Below, piece after piece: positions 59,495 through 64,000 of a stretch of DNA of 64,000 nucleotides. Origin of the DNA: Callorhinchus milii (Eukaryota); assembly GCF_018977255.1 (NCBI RefSeq), contig NW_024704742.1:123940001-124004000 (forward strand), written 5' to 3'. A model generated the notes under the pieces. The model made no database searches. It saw nothing but the letters and a program-made list of their open reading frames with translations, and was not told where the DNA came from. How positions within the stretch are numbered: position 1 is the first letter of the stretch; each line of letters starts with the position of its first letter. The position numbers were made by a program, and so were the translations under genes.

Positions 59495-62400
59495 TTAAAT
59501 TTGTTTAACTGGCGCATGATAACTTTCAACTCCAATGAGTTTCTGAATCCAGGAGATGTATTTCTCTGTTAACAGGGTGCAGATTTCAGGCTTGTTGGCA
59601 TCTTTGGAATTCTTTCCATGTAAAGCAATACCACACAACATCTTCTTCTTATGCAAAACCTTTCCTATTTTGCACAGCAATGGACCACCTGGAGAAATCT
59701 GTGGTAAAAAATTAGACAACATGTTAGAACTGGAGTATTCAAGTAAAGATAAAGATATTGCAGTCATGAAATGAATAATCAATTCATGAGGGCATACCAT
59801 GTGAGACATATAATAAGTAATCTTGTGCTATGGTTTACTTTCAAATGATTGCACTCCATGTAATGTATTTCATCTGTTCCAGTGAATATACTGGAACTCT
59901 GCAGTTTAGTGGTTTAGCACTCGCTTCACAAGCAAGAGGACCTCGGTTTGATTCCCGAGCAGGGTGAAATGTAAGCAAGTTTCCTTACTCGACAAGCCTG
60001 TGTTTATCTAGCAGTAAGTAGGAACCGTTAGTTGGCAGATTGCTTTTCCGGGAGTAATAATCCCGTCAAAAAATATATAAAAGGAATATTAATCCACACC
60101 TCTGTGTGCAATTGGCCCAGAAAATATACAGTCAATTCATTTTGCAGTATATTGTGTGAAGCACTTTTAGATGTCTCGAAGACGTGAAAAGGCACTATAT
60201 CAAAAGCAAGGATTATTATTTTGCTTCATCCCATTATAAGTTCATACCATCGAGGCAGTAAAGTTACTGGCCTTGTAAAGGTATGGCGAAAGGCCACCGA
60301 TGGTGGGGCGATTAGGGCGGGGGATGTGGAGCAAACCGGAGCCAGTAGAACGGAGGGTACGGGCAGGTAGGTAGGAGGATAGTAGGTCGGAGAGGTAGGA
60401 GGGAGCAAGGCCGCGAATGGCCTTGTAGGTGAGGAGGTAAATGCAAGTGAGGTGTAAATGCAAGGATTATTATTATTATGTGCCAAGATCTAATAACTTG
60501 TGGAACAAGCTAAATGGCCTCATCTTGTCCTTGCTTTGCTCTGTTCTTATTGACAAATGGACAATTATACAGAGCTGCCATCAAAGTCTGTACATTTACC
60601 AACAATCTGAGAATCAACTCCTAGATCTATTATATAAATAAAGCACACATATATATATATATCCTATATCCTTGCATTTGATATAGCGCTTTTCACGTCG
60701 GGAGGACGTCCCAAAGCGCTTCACAGAACACACTGTAAAGTGAATTGACCGTATATATGTGGGCGAATGCGGCAGCCAATTGTGCACAGCAATGTCCCAC
60801 AAACAGTCGTAGATTGAAAATGACCAATTTATTATTTTTGGGGGATTTTGGAGGGATTATTATTAGGCGTGTAGAGTAAAGAAACTTGCCCAAGGTTTCG
60901 CCCTGCCTGGAATTGAACTTAGGTCTCTCGCTTGCAAAGCGAGTGCTCTAACCACTGAGCTACAGGACTCCACATGTTCTCATGCTAGCTAAATATCACA
61001 GTTTACAATATGAATGAGAGATATAAATTCCTTCAAATGACAGTGGCATTCCTCCCGACATGAAAGGCACTGTATAAACATAAATTATTATTGCTGTTGT
61101 TGTCAATGACTTACCATGCACATATTATTTTTACCCTTTTGTTCAGCTGCACAGATCATGTTGCTAGTTATAATTGGATGTTTGTGGTAAGATTTATTGC
61201 AGGTGGCATTATCAATCACAGTTACATCTGCTTCCATCAAAGTGTCAGACGATTTCTGAACATTTGTACTGGTTTTTCCCCATCCCAGAACACTGCACCT
61301 TGTTCCACGTTTGATGTCTTTTGGCAGTACTTGCAGATGGAAGATTTCTACAGATTTCCTTTTAATATTTGCATCTTGAGCTAACTGTAACAGATAAAAA
61401 TAATCATCTATTGCACTTCAGTCTATAGCTCTTAAATACATACTCCTTAAACATGTAAAGCTCCGAATTCCCACAAAACTCACAGTCAATCCACTTTACA
61501 GTATATCCTTTCTTAGATAAAGAGACCAAAACTGCACAGAATATTCTAGGTGCGGACTCACCAAGGCCCTATGCAATTGCAGCAAGACTTCCCAGCTCTT
61601 GCACTCTAACCCCTTTGCAATAAATGCTCACATTTATTAGCCTTTCTACTTGTTTGCTGAACCTGCATACTAACTTTTTGTGATTGGTGTACAAGGATAC
61701 CTAAATCTCTCTGAATATTAACACTAACTAGTCTCTCCCCCTCTATCTTATATACTCTCATATTCCATTATCATCCTTTTAATCAGTTTTTTAGTTATCC
61801 TTTGCTGATCTCTAAAGCCCTCCCAATCCTCAGGTTTACAGCTCTTTTTTGGCAATAGGCCTCTTCTTTTAATTTTATACTTTCCTTAACTTCTCTAGTT
61901 ACCCATGGTTGAACCACTTTTCCCGTTGAATTTTTATTTCTCAAGGGAATATGCGTTCGCTGGGAATTATATAATATATCTTTGAACATTTGCCATTGCT
62001 TGTCTACCATCATATCTTTTAATCTACCTTCCCAATCTATTTTGTCAAATCATCCCTCATACCTGCAAAGTTGGCTTTATTTAAGTTTAAGACCCTTGTT
62101 TCAGACTTAACTACATCACTCTCAAACTTAATATTAAATTCCATCATATTCTGGTCACTCTGGCCTAGAGGAGCCTTAACTTCAAGATTACTGATTAGCC
62201 CTGCTTCGTTACACAATACAAGATCTAGGATAGCCTGTTCCCTGGTTGGTTCCTCAGCATATTGTTCTGGAAAACTATCTCTAATCATTCCATAAACTCA
62301 TCCTCTAATTTACTTTTGTCAATTTGGTTTTCCCAGTCTATATGAAGATTAAAATCACCCACTATTAGTGTATACCTCTTGCTACATGCTTCTCTAATTT

Positions 62401-63251
62401 CCTGATTAATACTCTGCCCAATACAGTAACTGCTGTTTGGGGGTCTATAAACTGCTCCCACTAGTGTTTTCTACCCCTTGTTGTTTCTTAGCTCCACCAT
62501 TACTGATTCTACATCCTGATTTTTTGACTTAAGGTCCTTCCTCTCTACTGTTTTTATCTCATCCTTTATTAGCTCCCAACCTTGGTCTCCCTGTAACCAC
62601 TCAGTAATGGCTACTAGATTGTACCCATTTATCTCTATTTGTGCCATTAATTTGTCTATCTTGTTACAAATGCTGTGTGCATTCAGTTATAGCGCCTTTA
62701 ATTTTCACTAAAAATACTTTTTACTAATTCCCCTACACATTAATACCCTATTTTCTTTGTTAAACTCTTTGTCCCTACTTGACACACTCTTTTCTTCATC
62801 TCCCAAGTCACTACTCTGCTCTACAGCCTTGACTTTTCTCATCTAATTCTGTTTCTGATGAATGCAGAAATATAAATGTGAACGTATTTTGCCCACAAAA
62901 TACACAGTCACTCTACTTTACTTCATATATTCCATGAAACCCTTTGAGACATCTTAACAACATAATAAAGGGATATATCAAATGCAAGGATTATTATTAT
63001 TAATATCAGATAACCCTCTCTTCAAGTGTAACAGCTTGCCAGCCCCCAGAAAACTCCTTGCTGAAAATAATGGCTGGATAATTTATTACACAAAATTTAC
63101 CTGGAGAAGCATGATGTCATTTTCTAGGGATAAATCCTTGAATTCAGGGAATGGTATTACGTTTTCCACCCGAATTTTCTGTTCTGTCTTACCCTTCTTC
63201 TTTGTTGATTGATCTCCAAGGACCACTGTAGGATTCTTTTTCTTAAACAAC
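59495..63251 (-). CDS. Gzm7: exons 3-5 of a second probably inactive granzyme homologue; exons 1-2 lie beyond the window end
   Basis: Exons 63101-63251 (VVLGDQS...ENDIMLLQ), 61115-61384 (LAQDAN...CSVLGWG...MICAAEQKGKNNMCM) and 59495-59698 (ISPGGPLLC...ISWIQK...stop). All are open with canonical splice sites. GDSGGP has become ISPGGP. Confidence 0.8.
60668..60973 (-). mobile_element. Young tRNA-Ala SINE in Gzm7 intron 4
   Basis: Same family. Confidence 0.87.
61510..62870 (-). mobile_element. Internally deleted CR1 LINE fragment (endonuclease region plus a piece of the RT C-terminus) in Gzm7 intron 3
   Basis: EQYAEEPTREQAILDLVLCNE, LGQSDQNMMEF, LNLNKANF and WQMFKDIL..HIP. Confidence 0.8.
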
Positions 63252-64000
63252 CTGCAGATTTTATAAAAAAACAGATAGTGTTTGAAGGATCTTATCATTT
63301 TGGAAATTATTTAGTTGCATTGAATGAGGATCAGAAAAAGACAAAACGTAAAATATCAGATCTTTAATATCATGAACACTTTCAAGGGGAATTTATTAGT
63401 ATATCTGAATGTCCTGCTAGTTTTGCGCACAGCAAGGTCTCACAAACAGCCAAAGAGTGAGTGACCAATTTTGTTTGGGGGGTTGTTGGCCAGGAGACTA
63501 GGAAACACTCTTCTCTTTTTGAATAGTGCCATGGGATCTTTAACATCCATCTGAACAGGGAGTTTAATGTTTCATCCGAGGACACCACCTCCGAAAATGC
63601 AACACTTCATTGGAGCGTCAAATTAGACTATGTCTTAGCAATGTGTTATGGTACTATATTGAATGCAAGGATTATTATTAGTATTATGTATATCTCCATG
63701 ACTCCAACTCCAGCTTTCCTCTATTGCTTATTCTTTGTCCTTGTCTGCCTGCTTGCACACCCGCCCACCCTGTGAAAGACAGGGGATGCTCTTAGAAGGC
63801 AGAGATATCTCAGCATCCATAGCACAACTTCAATTAAACTACAATTCTCAAATGAGTCCAGCACCCTGGGCTCAATCACCCTTCCCCGCATCCCGTTCCA
63901 GTTGCTAATTACCCTCTGGATAAAGAAAAACCTCTTGTTGTCTGTCCTGAAACTGCTCTTTTCAACTCTAAACCTGGATCCTCTTGTACTGTCTTGTTAT

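Noticed and set aside
59693..59695. Ser in ISPGG as a shifted catalytic serine rescuing Gzm7
   Set aside because: The register is fixed by Cys191 and GGPLLC, which places this Ser at 194 and Pro at 195; Gly193 and Cys220 are also lost.

Overview
Vertebrate genomic DNA, most likely a cartilaginous fish (inferred from the repeat content: tRNA-derived Deu-type SINEs with L2 tails, L2 and CR1 LINE remnants). The window holds a tandem cluster of granzyme A/K-family serine protease genes, all on the minus strand with the canonical 5-exon layout (intron phases 1,2,0,0). I reconstructed them by hand and number them left to right. Gzm1 has exon 1 only in the window. Gzm2 is an intact tryptase with the GZMA-type Cys93. 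Gzm3 is a Gzm2/Gzm4 chimera made by a ~5.5-6 kb tandem duplication and carries a 1-bp frameshift. Gzm4 is an intact tryptase. Gzm5 is intact with GZMK-like features. Gzm6 has an intact ORF, splice sites and promoter, but all three catalytic residues are replaced (H57N, D102N, S195A). Gzm7 has exons 3-5 in the window and its GDS motif is replaced by ISP. Main observations: two apparently conserved, catalytically dead pseudo-granzymes inactivated by different substitutions; a GGATGTGGT (ETS:RUNX-type) element 9-13 bp upstream of the TATA box in five of six visible promoters, with a variant in the sixth; and a microhomology-joined exon-shuffling duplication whose exon differences are mostly amino-acid-changing. 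Residue numbers follow chymotrypsinogen numbering and were assigned by eye from motif alignment.
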